Assembly: GCA_002189035.1 (NCBI GenBank)
Contig: NEEC01000439.1
Location: 1-33,283, forward strand
Direction of reading: 5' to 3'
Length of the DNA stretch: 33,283 bases
From: Utricularia gibba
Lineage: Eukaryota > Plantae > Magnoliophyta
Shown in pieces: positions 9,501-24,541 of the stretch (its first letter is position 1; every line of letters starts with the position of its first letter). A program made the translations under genes and the position numbers. Below the pieces are notes generated by a model. The model did no database searches, was not told where the DNA came from, and worked only from the letters and a program-made list of their open reading frames with translations.

Positions 9501-12500
9501 ACTAGAGACCATCAACCCGTTGAATCGTGTCGATGCTTGAGGGAAGACGACCACCCATTCATCTTTGTACGTTGCATCGGACCTGGTTGAAAGTGAGGAC
9601 GGAAAATTGGCTACACTCGTAAAGGTGCACGAGCAGTATGCTGAATCGGATGATGGTCAAGCCGTTAGCATACGGAAACACACTCGCGTGTTGCGCACGC
9701 GGCTTTAACGATTGCTTAACCAGTGATCCCTTCTCTATCTCCATCCACAATCTGGGTAAAAGGCATCCGGAGGTCAGGCATTGGAATGTCGTAAGGTATG
9801 AAGTATGCATGTTGCAAGGCGTGACCTGCTTGCGAAGCAATACCGATCCATTCCACGTTACCCGCTTCTTTGCAAAGCCTGGAGGGAGAATGGAATTTTG
9901 CATCAGGAGTGGATGCCATGGGGGTCGAATTATAAGGGGAGTGCGTTTGTTCCGTGAGCTATGTGGATTCGAAGCACAAGTGCTGGGTGGTCGAGTTATG
10001 GACTTTGGGTTAGGAGTGGCTACACTCTGGATCCACGACGATATGTTCTTCGATGCTCTATGACTCATTTCTCATTCAATGATGTCCACTCAATAGTAGC
10101 TTACGTGGCTCGCAACGTATGTTTGATATAGATGACATCCTTTAACTGTATGGTCGAAGGTTTTCTCCTCCCAAACGTATAGCGGCATGCCCACTTTCGT
10201 GTCCAAATATTCAGGAGGTCGGGGTGGTAGCCATCTAACGGCTGGATAGCACATCCACATCGTATGTGCTCCGTAGAATGAATCCGAAAATGTTAATGTT
10301 TCCAACGCACGTTGTTGGAGATCGGGAAAGTACATGGAGTGTCCTTGGCCACATTCTAGTATTCATTGGATGCTGGCTGAGTTTGTTGCACAACAAAACA
10401 CCCTCAAACGAGTAGCGATGGTGCACCATGATCCGCCATGGAGTGAACTCGTGACTCCTCTGCGTAAGTCTCACTTTGTTTCCATGGAAGATCATAAGGG
10501 AAAGCAATAGGAAAAACTAAGAAGTATTGGTATCGTTGGTGTTACAACCCTGCATCATTGATCCTGATGTACCCCCTTCGTATCGTTGGACGACACATCA
10601 GTGGTGAAGTACTTGGTTAGAGTCCATGGGTTGGACTTTACGGTCCTGGACGTGCGCATCAGTGCTGGTCTAATCTCCACGCATCCTCATATCTTTCAAC
10701 GGCCGCGATAATAGACCAACGGTCTCCTTGTCCAGTCCATTCGCTAAGGAGTCCAGAACCTGAAGGTAACGGCAAAGCTTGCGAGGCCCGTCCAGCAACG
10801 GAGAAAAGAAAGGAAGTAGTGCGCATGGATGTGAACGCCTAAAAGAGCGTGGGAGTTTGCACTAGAGACCATCAACCCGTTGAATCGTGTCGATGCTTGA
10901 GGAAGACGACCACCCATTCATCTTTGTACGTTGCATCGGACCTGGTTGAAAGTGAGGACGGAAAATTGGCTACACTCGTAAAGGTGCACGAGCAGTATGC
11001 TGAATCGGATGATGGTCAAGCCGTTAGCATACGGAAAACACACTCGCGTGTTGCGCACGCGGCTTTAACGATTGCTTAACCGAGTGATCCCTTCTCTATC
11101 TCCATCCACAATCTGGGTAAAAGGCATCCGGAGGTCAGGCATTGGAATGTCGTAAGGTATGAAGTATGCATGTTGCAAGGCGTGACCTGCTTGCGAAGCA
11201 ATACCGATCCATTCCACGTTACCCGCTTCTTTGCAAAGCCTGGAGGGAGAATGGAATTTTGCATCAGGAGTGGATGCCATGGGGGTCGAATTATAAGGGG
11301 AGTGTGCGTTTGTTCCGTGAGCTATGTGGATTCGAAGCACAAGTGCTGGGTGGTCGAGTTATGGACTTTGGGTTAGGAGTGGCTACACTCTGGATCCACG
11401 ATCGATATGTTCTTCGATGCTCTATGACTCATTTCTCATTCAATGATGTCCACTCAATAGTAGCTTACGTGGCTCGCAACGTATGTTTGATATAGATGAC
11501 ATCCTTTAACTGTATGGTCGAAGGTTTTCTCCTCCCAAACGTATAGCGGCATGCCCACTTTCGTGTCCAAATATTCAGGAGGTCGGGGTGGTAGCCATCT
11601 AACGGCTGGATAGCACATCCACATCGTATGTGCTCCGTAGAATGAATCCGAAAATGTTAATGTTTCCAACGCACGTTGTTGGAGATCGGGAAAGTACATG
11701 GAGTGTCCTTGGCCACATTCTAGTATTCATTGGATGCTGGCTGAGTTTGTTGCACAACAAAACACCCTCAAACGAGTAGCGATGGTGCACCATGATCCGC
11801 CATGGAGTGAACTCGTGACTCCTCTGCGTAAGTCTCACTTTGTTTCCATGGAAGATCATAAGGGAAAGCAATAGGAAAAACTAAGAAGTACTGGGTATCG
11901 TTGGTGTTACAACCCTGCATCATTGATCCTGATGTACCCCCTTCGTATCGTTGGACGACACATCAGTGGTGAAGTACTTGGTTAGAGTCCATGGGTTGGA
12001 CTTTACGGTCCTATGGACGTGCGCATCAGTGCTGGTCTAATCTCCACGCATCCTCATATCTTTCAACGGCCGCGATAATAGACCAACGGTCTCCTTGTCC
12101 AGTCCATTCGCTAAGGAGTCCAGAACACCTGAAGGTAACGGCAAAGCTTGCGAGGCCCGTCCAGCAACGGAGAAAAGAAAGGAAGTAGTGCGCATGGATG
12201 TGAACGCCTAAAAGAGCGTGGGAGTTTGCACTAGAGACCATCAACCCGTTGAATCGTGTCGATGCTTGAGGAAGACGACCACCCATTCATCTTTGTACGT
12301 TGCATCGGACCTGGTTGAAAGTGAGGACGGAAAATTGGCTACACTCGTAAAGGTGCACGAGCAGTATGCTGAATCGGATGATGGTCAAGCCGTTAGCATA
12401 CGGAAAACACACTCGCGTGTTGCGCACGCGGCTTTAACGATTGCTTAACCAAGTGATCCCTTCTCTATCTCCATCCACAATCTGGGTAAAAGGCATCCGG

Positions 12501-15500
12501 AGGTCAGGCATTGGAATGTCGTAAGGTATGAAGTATGCATGTTGCAAGGCGTGACCTGCTTGCGAAGCAATACCGATCCATTCCACGTTACCCGCTTCTT
12601 TGCAAAGCCTGGAGGGAGAATGGAATTTTGCATCAGGAGTGGATGCCATGGGGGTCGAATTATAAGGGGAGGTGTGCGTTTGTTCCGTGAGCTATGTGGA
12701 TTCGAAGCACAAGTGCTGGGTGGTCGAGTTATGGACTTTGGGTTAGGAGTGGCTACACTCTGGATCCACGACGATATGTTCTTCGATGCTCTATGACTCA
12801 TTTCTCATTCAATGATGTCCACTCAATAGTAGCTTACGTGGCTCGCAACGTATGTTTGATATAGATGACATCCTTTAACCTGTATGGTCGAAGGTTTTCT
12901 CCTCCCAAACGTATAGCGGCATGCCCACTTTCGTGTCCAAATATTCAGGAGGTCGGGGTGGTAGCCATCTAACGGCTGGATAGCACATCCACATCGTATG
13001 TGCTCCGTAGAATGAATCCGAAAATGTTAATGTTTCCAACGCACGTTGTTGGAGATCGGGAAAGTACATGGAGTGTCCTTGGCCACATTCTAGTATTCAT
13101 TGGATGCTGGCTGAGTTTGTTGCACAACAAAACACCCTCAAACGAGTAGCGATGGTGCACCATGATCGCCATGGAGTGAACTCGTGACTCCTCTGCGTAA
13201 GTCTCACTTTGTTTCCATGGAAGATCATAAGGGAAAGCAATAGGAAAAACTAAGAAGTACTTGGTATCGTTGATGTTACAACCCTGCATCATTGATCCTG
13301 ATGTACCCCCTTCGTATCGTTGGACGACACATCAGTGGTGAAGTACTTGGTTAGAGTCCATGGGTTGGACTTTACGGTCCTATGGACGTGCGCATCAGTG
13401 CTGGTCTAATCTCCACGCATCCTCATATCTTTCAACGGCCGCGATAATAGACCAACGGTCTCCTTGTCCAGTCCATTCGCTAAGGAGTCCAGAACACCTG
13501 AAGGTAACGGCAAAGCTTGCGAGGCCCGTCCAGCAACGGGAGAAAAGAAAGGAAGTAGTGCGCATGGATGTGAACGCCTAAAAGAGCGTGGGAGTTTGCA
13601 CTAGAGACCATCAACCCGTTGAATCGTGTCGATGCTTGAGGAAGACGACCACCCATTCATCTTTGTACGTTGCATCGGACCTGGTTGAAAGTGAGGACGG
13701 AAAATTGGCTACACTCGTAAAGGTGCACGAGCAGTATGCTGAATCGGATGATGGTCAAGCCGTTAGCATACGGAACACACTCGCGTGTTGCGCACGCGGC
13801 TTTAACGATTGCTTAACCGAGTGATCCCTTCTCTATCTCCATCCACAATCTGGGTAAAAGGCATCCGGAGGTCAGGCATTGGAATGTCGTAAGGTATGAA
13901 GTATGCATGTTGCAAGGCGTGACCTGCTTGCGAAGCAATACCGATCCATTCCACGTTACCCGCTTCTTTGCAAAGCCTGGAGGGAGAATGGAATTTTGCA
14001 TCAGGAGTGGATGCCATGGGGGTCGAATTATAAGGGGAGTGTGCGTTTGTTCCGTGAGCTATGTGGATTCGAAGCACAAGTGCTGGGTGGTCGAGTTATG
14101 GACTTTGGGTTAGGAGTGGCTACACTCTGGATCCACGACGATATGTTCTTCGATGCTCTATGACTCATTTCTCATTCAATGATGTCCACTCAATAGTAGC
14201 TTACGTGGCTCGCAACGTATGTTTGATATAGATGACATCCTTTAACCTGTATGGTCGAAGGTTTTCTCCTCCCAAACGTATAGCGGCATGCCCACTTTCG
14301 TGTCCAAATATTCAGGAGGTCGGGGTGGTAGCCATCTAACGGCTGGATAGCACATCCACATCGTATGTGCTCCGTAGAATGAATCCGAAAATGTTAATGT
14401 TTCCAACGCACGTTGTTGGAGATCGGGAAAGTACATGGAGTGTCCTTGGCCACATTCTAGTATTCATTGGATGCTGGCTGAGTTTGTTGCACAACAAAAC
14501 ACCTCAAACGAGTAGCGATGGTGCACCATGATCCGCCATGGAGTGAACTCGTGACTCCTCTGCGTAAGTCTCACTTTGTTTCCATGGAAGATCATAAGGG
14601 AAAGCAATAGGAAAAACTAAGAAGTACTTGGTATCGTTGGTGTTACAACCCTGCATCATTGATCCTGATGTACCCCCTTCGTATCGTTGGACGACACATC
14701 AGTGGTGAAGTACTTGGTTAGAGTCCATGGGTTGGACTTTACGGTCCTATGGACGTGCGCATCAGTGCTGGTCTAATCTCCACGCATCCTCATATCTTTC
14801 AACGGCCGCGATAATAGACCAACGGTCTCCTTGTCCAGTCCATTCGCTAAGGAGTCCAGAACACCTGAAGGTAACGGCAAAGCTTGCGAGCCCGTCCAGC
14901 AACGGAGAAAAGAAAGGAAGTAGTGCGCATGGATGTGAACGCCTAAAAGAGCGTGGGAGTTTGCACTAGAGACCATCAACCCGTTGAATCGTGTCGATGC
15001 TTGAGGAAGACGACCACCCATTCATCTTTGTACGTTGCATCGGACCTGGTTGAAAGTGAGGACGGAAAATTGGCTACACTCGTAAAGGTGCACGAGCAGT
15101 ATGCTGAATCGGATGATGGTCAAGCCGTTAGCATACGGAAACACACTCGCGTGTTGCGCACGCGGCTTTAACGATTGCTTAACCGAGTGATCCCTTCTCT
15201 ATCTCCATCCACAATCTGGGTAAAAGGCATCCGGAGGTCAGGCATTGGAATGTCGTAAGGTATGAAGTATGCATGTTGCAAGGCGTGACCTGCTTGCGAA
15301 GCAATACCGATCCATTCCACGTTACCCGCTTCTTTGCAAAGCCTGGAGGGAGAATGGAATTTTGCATCAGGAGTGGATGCCATGGGGGTCGAATTATAAG
15401 GGGAGTGTGCGTTTGTTCCGTGAGCTATGTGGATTCGAAGCACAAGTGCTGGGTGGTCGAGTTATGGACTTTGGGTTAGGAGTGGCTACACTCTGGATCC

Positions 15501-18500
15501 ACGACGATATGTTCTTCGATGCTCTATGACTCATTTCTCATTCAATGATGTCCACTCAATAGTAGCTTACGTGGCTCGCAACGTATGTTTGATATAGATG
15601 ACATCCTTTAACCTGTATGGTCGAAGGTTTTCTCCTCCCAAACGTATAGCGGCATGCCCACTTTCGTGTCCAAATATTCAGGAGGTCGGGGTGGTAGCCA
15701 TCTAACGGCTGGATAGCACATCCACATCGTATGTGCTCCGTAGAATGAATCCGAAAATGTTAATGTTTCCAACGCACGTTGTTGGAGATCGGGAAAGTAC
15801 ATGGAGTGTCCTTGGCCACATTCTAGTATTCATTGGATGCTGGCTGAGTTTGTTGCACAACAAAACACCCTCAAACGAGTAGCGATGGTGCACCATGATC
15901 CGCCATGGAGTGAACTCGTGACTCCTCTGCGTAAGTCTCACTTTGTTTCCATGGAAGATCATAAGGGAAAGCAATAGGAAAAACTAAGAAGTACTTGGTA
16001 TCGTTGATGTTACAACCCTGCATCATTGATCCTGATGTACCCCCTTCGTATCGTTGGACGACACATCAGTGGTGAAGTACTTGGTTAGAGTCCATGGGTT
16101 GGACTTTACGGTCCTATGGACGTGCGCATCAGTGCTGGTCTAATCTCCACGCATCCTCATATCTTTCAACGGCCGCGATAATAGACCAACGGTCTCCTTG
16201 TCCAGTCCATTCGCTAAGGAGTCCAGAACACCTGAAGGTAACGGCAAAGCTTGCGAGGCCCGTCCAGCAACGGAGAAAAGAAAGGAAGTAGTGCGCATGG
16301 ATGTGAACGCCTAAAAGAGCGTGGGAGTTTGCACTAGAGACCATCAACCCGTTGAATCGTGTCGATGCTTGAGGGAAGACGACCACCCATTCATCTTTGT
16401 ACGTTGCATCGGACCTGGTTGAAAGTGAGGACGGAAAATTGGCTACACTCGTAAAGGTGCACGAGCAGTATGCTGAATCGGATGATGGTCAAGCCGTTAG
16501 CATACGGAAAACACACTCGCGTGTTGCGCACGCGGCTTTAACGATTGCTTAACCGAGTGATCCCTTCTCTATCTCCATCCACAATCTGGGTAAAAGGCAT
16601 CCGGAGGTCAGGCATTGGAATGTCGTAAGGTATGAAGTATGCATGTTGCAAGGCGTGACCTGCTGCGAAGCAATACCGATCCATTCCACGTTACCCGCTT
16701 CTTTGCAAAGCCTGGAGGGAGAATGGAATTTTGCATCAGGAGTGGATGCCATGGGGGTCGAATTATAAGGGGAGTGTGCGTTTGTTCCGTGAGCTATGTG
16801 GATTCGAAGCACAAGTGCTGGGTGGTCGAGTTATGGACTTTGGGTTAGGAGTGGCTACACTCTGGATCCACGATCGATATGTTCTTCGATGCTCTATGAC
16901 TCATTTCTCATTCAATGATGTCCACTCAATAGTAGCTTACGTGGCTCGCAACGTATGTTTGATATAGATGACATCCTTTAACTGTATGGTCGAAGGTTTT
17001 CTCCTCCCAAACGTATAGCGGCATGCCCACTTTCGTGTCCAAATATTCAGGAGGTCGGGGTGGTAGCCATCTAACGGCTGGATAGCACATCCACATCGTA
17101 TGTGCTCCGTAGAATGAATCCGAAAATGTTAATGTTTCCAACGCACGTTGTTGGAGATCGGGAAAGTACATGGAGTGTCCTTGGCCACATTCTAGTATTC
17201 ATTGGATGCTGGCTGAGTTTGTTGCACAACAAAACACCCTCAAACGAGTAGCGATGGTGCACCATGATCCGCCATGGAGTGAACTCGTGACTCCTCTGCG
17301 TAAGTCTCACTTTGTTTCCATGGAAGATCATAAGGGAAAGCAATAGGAAAAACTAAGAAGTACTGGTATCGTTGATGTTACAACCCTGCATCATTGATCC
17401 TGATGTACCCCCTTCGTATCGTTGGACGACACATCAGTGGTGAAGTACTTGGTTAGAGTCCATGGGTTGGACTTTACGGTCCTATGGACGTGCGCATCAG
17501 TGCTGGTCTAATCTCCACGCATCCTCATATCTTTCAACGGCCGCGATAATAGACCAACGGTCTCCTTGTCCAGTCCATTCGCTAAGGAGTCCAGAACACC
17601 TGAAGGTAACGGCAAAGCTTGCGAGGCCCGTCCAGCAACGGAGAAAAGAAAGGAAGTAGTGCGCATGGATGTGAACGCCTAAAAGAGCGTGGGAGTTTGC
17701 ACTAGAGACCATCAACCCGTTGAATCGTGTCGATGCTTGAGGAAGACGACCACCCATTCATCTTTGTACGTTGCATCGGACTGGTTGAAAGTGAGGACGG
17801 AAAATTGGCTACACTCGTAAAGGTGCACGAGCAGTATGCTGAATCGGATGATGGTCAAGCCGTTAGCATACGGAACACACTCGCGTGTTGCGCACGCGGC
17901 TTTAACGATTGCTTAACCGAGTGATCCCTTCTCTATCTCCATCCACAATCTGGGTAAAAGGCATCCGGAGGTCAGGCATTGGAATGTCGTAAGGTATGAA
18001 GTATGCATGTTGCAAGGCGTGACCTGCTTGCGAAGCAATACCGATCCATTCCACGTTACCCGCTTCTTTGCAAAGCCTGGAGGGAGAATGGAATTTTGCA
18101 TCAGGAGTGGATGCCATGGGGGTCGAATTATAAGGGGAGTGTGCGTTTGTTCCGTGAGCTATGTGGATTCGAAGCACAAGTGCTGGGTGGTCGAGTTATG
18201 GACTTTGGGTTAGGAGTGGCTACACTCTGGATCCACGACGATATGTTCTTCGATGCTCTATGACTCATTTCTCATTCAATGATGTCCACTCAATAGTAGC
18301 TTACGTGGCTCGCAACGTATGTTTGATATAGATGACATCCTTTAACCTGTATGGTCGAAGGTTTTCTCCTCCCAAACGTATAGCGGCATGCCCACTTTCG
18401 TGTCCAAATATTCAGGAGGTCGGGGTGGTAGCCATCTAACGGCTGGATAGCACATCCACATCGTATGTGCTCCGTAGAATGAATCCGAAAATGTTAATGT

Positions 18501-21500
18501 TTCCAACGCACGTTGTTGGAGATCGGGAAAGTACATGGAGTGTCCTTGGCCACATTCTAGTATTCATTGGATGCTGGCTGAGTTTGTTGCACAACAAAAC
18601 ACCTCAAACGAGTAGCGATGGTGCACCATGATCCGCCATGGAGTGAACTCGTGACTCCTCTGCGTAAGTCTCACTTTGTTTCCATGGAAGATCATAAGGG
18701 AAAGCAATAGGAAAAACTAAGAAGTACTTGGTATCGTTGATGTTACAACCCTGCATCATTGATCCTGATGTACCCCCTTCGTATCGTTGGACGACACATC
18801 AGTGGTGAAGTACTTGGCTAGAGTCCATGGGTTGGACTTTACGGTCCTATGGACGTGCGCATCAGTGCTGTCTAATCTCCACGCATCCTCATATCTTTCA
18901 ACGGCCGCGATAATAGACCAACGGTCTCCTTGTCCAGTCCATTCGCTAAGGAGTCCAGAACACCTGAAGGTAACGGCAAAGCTTGCGAGGCCCGTCCAGC
19001 AACGGAGAAAAGAAAGGAAGTAGTGCGCATGGATGTGAACGCCTAAAAGAGCGTGGGAGTTTGCACTAGAGACCATCAACCCGTTGAATCGTGTCGATGC
19101 TTGAGGAAGACGACCACCCATTCATCTTTGTACGTTGCATCGGACCTGGTTGAAAGTGAGGACGGAAAATTGGCTACACTCGTAAAGGTGCACGAGCAGT
19201 ATGCTGAATCGGATGATGGTCAAGCCGTTAGCATACGGAACACACTCGCGTGTTGCGCACGCGGCTTTAACGATTGCTTAACCGAGTGATCCCTTCTCTA
19301 TCTCCATCCACAATCTGGGTAAAAGGCATCCGGAGGTCAGGCATTGGAATGTCGTAAGGTATGAAGTATGCATGTTGCAAGGCGTGACCTGCTTGCGAAG
19401 CAATACCGATCCATTCCACGTTACCCGCTTCTTTGCAAAGCCTGGAGGGAGAATGGAATTTTGCATCAGGAGTGGATGCCATGGGGGTCGAATTATAAGG
19501 GGAGTGTGCGTTTGTTCCGTGAGCTATGTGGATTCGAAGCACAAGTGCTGGGTGGTCGAGTTATGGACTTTGGTTAGGAGTGGCTACACTCTGGATCCAC
19601 GACGATATGTTCTTCGATGCTCTATGACTCATTTCTCATTCAATGATGTCCACTCAATAGTAGCTTACGTGGCTCGCAACGTATGTTTGATATAGATGAC
19701 ATCCTTTAACCTGTATGGTCGAAGGTTTTCTCCTCCCAAACGTATAGCGGCATGCCCACTTTCGTGTCCAAATATTCAGGAGGTCGGGGTGGTAGCCATC
19801 TAACGGCTGGATAGCACATCCACATCGTATGTGCTCCGTAGAATGAATCCGAAAATGTTAATGTTTCCAACGCACGTTGTTGGAGATCGGGAAAGTACAT
19901 GGAGTGTCCTTGGCCACATTCTAGTATTCATTGGATGCTGGCTGAGTTTGTTGCACAACAAAACACCCTCAAACGAGTAGCGATGGTGCACCATGATCCG
20001 CCATGGAGTGAACTCGTGACTCCTCTGCGTAAGTCTCACTTTGTTTCCATGGAAGATCATAAGGGAAAGCAATAGGAAAAACTAAGAAGTACTTGGTATC
20101 GTTGATGTTACAACCCTGCATCATTGATCCTGATGTACCCCCTTCGTATCGTTGGACGACACATCAGTGGTGAAGTACTTGGCTAGAGTCCATGGGTTGG
20201 ACTTTACGGTCCTATGGACGTGCGCATCAGTGCTGGTCTAATCTCCACGCATCCTCATATCTTTCAACGGCCGCGATAATAGACCAACGGTCTCCTTGTC
20301 CAGTCCATTCGCTAAGGAGTCCAGAACACCTGAAGGTAACGGCAAAGCTTGCGAGGCCCGTCCAGCAACGGAGAAAAGAAAGGAAGTAGTGCGCATGGAT
20401 GTGAACGCCTAAAAGAGCGTGGGAGTTTGCACTAGAGACCATCAACCCGTTGAATCGTGTCGATGCTTGAGGAAGACGACCACCCATTCATCTTTGTACG
20501 TTGCATCGGACCTGGTTGAAAGTGAGGACGGAAAATTGGCTACACTCGTAAAGGTGCACGAGCAGTATGCTGAATCGGATGATGGTCAAGCCGTTAGCAT
20601 ACGGAACACACTCGCGTGTTGCGCACGCGGCTTTAACGATTGCTTAACCGAGTGATCCCTTCTCTATCTCCATCCACAATCTGGGTAAAAGGCATCCGGA
20701 GGTCAGGCATTGGAATGTCGTAAGGTATGAAGTATGCATGTTGCAAGGCGTGACCTGCTTGCGAAGCAATACCGATCCATTCCACGTTACCCGCTTCTTT
20801 GCAAAGCCTGGAGGGAGAATGGAATTTTGCATCAGGAGTGGATGCCATGGGGGTCGAATTATAAGGGGAGTGTGCGTTTGTTCCGTGAGCTATGTGGATT
20901 CGAAGCACAAGTGCTGGTGGTCGAGTTATGGACTTTGGGTTAGGAGTGGCTACACTCTGGATCCACGACGATATGTTCTTCGATGCTCTATGACTCATTT
21001 CTCATTCAATGATGTCCACTCAATAGTAGCTTACGTGGCTCGCAACGTATGTTTGATATAGATGACATCCTTTAACCTGTATGGTCGAAGGTTTTCTCCT
21101 CCCAAACGTATAGCGGCATGCCCACTTTCGTGTCCAAATATTCAGGAGGTCGGGGTGGTAGCCATCTAACGGCTGGATAGCACATCCACATCGTATGTGC
21201 TCCGTAGAATGAATCCGAAAATGTTAATGTTTCCAACGCACGTTGTTGGAGATCGGGAAAGTACATGGAGTGTCCTTGGCCACATTCTAGTATTCATTGG
21301 ATGCTGGCTGAGTTTGTTGCACAACAAAACACCCTCAAACGAGTAGCGATGGTGCACCATGATCCGCCATGGAGTGAACTCGTGACTCCTCTGCGTAAGT
21401 CTCACTTTGTTTCCATGGAAGATCATAAGGGAAAGCAATAGGAAAAACTAAGAAGTACTGGTATCGTTGATGTTACAACCCTGCATCATTGATCCTGATG

Positions 21501-24500
21501 TACCCCCTTCGTATCGTTGGACGACACATCAGTGGTGAAGTACTTGGTTAGAGTCCATGGGTTGGACTTTACGGTCCTATGGACGTGCGCATCAGTGCTG
21601 GTCTAATCTCCACGCATCCTCATATCTTTCAACGGCCGCGATAATAGACCAACGGTCTCCTTGTCCAGTCCATTCGCTAAGGAGTCCAGAACACCTGAAG
21701 GTAACGGCAAAGCTTGCGAGGCCCGTCCAGCAACGGAGAAAAGAAAGGAAGTAGTGCGCATGGATGTGAACGCCTAAAAGAGCGTGGGAGTTTGCACTAG
21801 AGACCATCAACCCGTTGAATCGTGTCGATGCTTGAGGGAAGACGACCACCCATTCATCTTTGTACGTTGCATCGGACCTGGTTGAAAGTGAGGACGGAAA
21901 ATTGGCTACACTCGTAAAGGTGCACGAGCAGTATGCTGAATCGGATGATGGTCAAGCCGTTAGCATACGGAACACACTCGCGTGTTGCGCACGCGGCTTT
22001 AACGATTGCTTAACCGAGTGATCCCTTCTCTATCTCCATCCACAATCTGGGTAAAAGGCATCCGGAGGTCAGGCATTGGAATGTCGTAAGGTATGAAGTA
22101 TGCATGTTGCAAGGCGTGACCTGCTTGCGAAGCAATACCGATCCATTCCACGTTACCCGCTTCTTTGCAAAGCCTGGAGGGAGAATGGAATTTTGCATCA
22201 GGAGTGGATGCCATGGGGGTCGAATTATAAGGGGAGGTGTGCGTTTGTTCCGTGAGCTATGTGGATTCGAAGCACAAGTGCTGGGTGGTCGAGTTATGGA
22301 CTTTGGGTTAGGAGTGGCTACACTCTGGATCCACGATCGATATGTTCTTCGATGCTCTATGACTCATTTCTCATTCAATGATGTCCACTCAATAGTAGCT
22401 TACGTGGCTCGCAACGTATGTTTGATATAGATGACATCCTTTAACCTGTATGGTCGAAGGTTTTCTCCTCCAAACGTATAGCGGCATGCCCACTTTCGTG
22501 TCCAAATATTCAGGAGGTCGGGGTGGTAGCCATCTAACGGCTGGATAGCACATCCACATCGTATGTGCTCCGTAGAATGAATCCGAAAATGTTAATGTTT
22601 CCAACGCACGTTGTTGGAGATCGGGAAAGTACATGGAGTGTCCTTGGCCACATTCTAGTATTCATTGGATGCTGGCTGAGTTTGTTGCACAACAAAACAC
22701 CCTCAAACGAGTAGCGATGGTGCACCATGATCCGCCATGGAGTGAACTCGTGACTCCTCTGCGTAAGTCTCACTTTGTTTCCATGGAAGATCATAAGGGA
22801 AAGCAATAGGAAAAACTAAGAAGTACTTGGTATCGTTGGTGTTACAACCCTGCATCATTGATCCTGATGTACCCTTCGTATCGTTGGACGACACATCAGT
22901 GGTGAAGTACTTGGCTAGAGTCCATGGGTTGGACTTTACGGTCCTATGGACGTGCGCATCAGTGCTGGTCTAATCTCCACGCATCCTCATATCTTTCAAC
23001 GGCCGCGATAATAGACCAACGGTCTCCTTGTCCAGTCCATTCGCTAAGGAGTCCAGAACACCTGAAGGTAACGGCAAAGCTTGCGAGGCCCGTCCAGCAA
23101 CGGAGAAAAGAAAGGAAGTAGTGCGCATGGATGTGAACGCCTAAAAGAGCGTGGGAGTTTGCACTAGAGACCATCAACCCGTTGAATCGTGTCGATGCTT
23201 GAGGGAAGACGACCACCCATTCATCTTTGTACGTTGCATCGGACCTGGTTGAAAGTGAGGACGGAAAATTGGCTACACTCGTAAAGGTGCACGAGCAGTA
23301 TGCTGAATCGGATGATGGTCAAGCCGTTAGCATACGGAAAACACACTCGCGTGTTGCGCACGCGGCTTTAACGATTGCTTAACCGAGTGATCCCTTCTCT
23401 ATCTCCATCCACAATCTGGGTAAAAGGCATCCGGAGGTCAGGCATTGGAATGTCGTAAGGTATGAAGTATGCATGTTGCAAGGCGTGACCTGCTTGCGAA
23501 GCAATACCGATCCATTCCACGTTACCCGCTTCTTTGCAAAGCCTGGAGGGAGAATGGAATTTTGCATCAGGAGTGGATGCCATGGGGGTCGAATTATAAG
23601 GGGAGGTGTGCGTTTGTTCCGTGAGCTATGTGGATTCGAAGCACAAGTGCTGGGTGGTCGAGTTATGGACTTTGGGTTAGGAGTGGCTACACTCTGGATC
23701 CACGATCGATATGTTTTCGATGCTCTATGACTCATTTCTCATTCAATGATGTCCACTCAATAGTAGCTTACGTGGCTCGCAACGTATGTTTGATATAGAT
23801 GACATCCTTTAACCTGTATGGTCGAAGGTTTTCTCCTCCCAAACGTATAGCGGCATGCCCACTTTCGTGTCCAAATATTCAGGAGGTCGGGGTGGTAGCC
23901 ATCTAACGGCTGGATAGCACATCCACATCGTATGTGCTCCGTAGAATGAATCCGAAAATGTTAATGTTTCCAACGCACGTTGTTGGAGATCGGGAAAGTA
24001 CATGGAGTGTCCTTGGCCACATTCTAGTATTCATTGGATGCTGGCTGAGTTTGTTGCACAACAAAACACCCTCAAACGAGTAGCGATGGTGCACCATGAT
24101 CCGCCATGGAGTGAACTCGTGACTCCTCTGCGTAAGTCTCACTTTGTTTCCATGGAAGATCATAAGGGAAAGCAATAGGAAAAACTAAGAAGTACTTGGT
24201 ATCGTTGATGTTACAACCCTGCATCATTGATCCTGATGTACCCCCTTCGTATCGTTGGACGACACATCAGTGGTGAAGTACTTGGCTAGAGTCCATGGGT
24301 TGGACTTTACGGTCCTATGGACGTGCGCATCAGTGCTGGTCTAATCTCCACGCATCCTCATATCTTTCAACGGCCGCGATAATAGACCAACGGTCTCCTT
24401 GTCCAGTCCATTCGCTAAGGAGTCCAGAACACCTGAAGGTAACGGCAAAGCTTGCGAGGCCCGTCCAGCAACGGAGAAAAGAAAGGAAGTAGTGCGCATG

Positions 24501-24541
24501 GATGTGAACGCCTAAAAGAGCGTGGGAGTTTGCACTAGAGA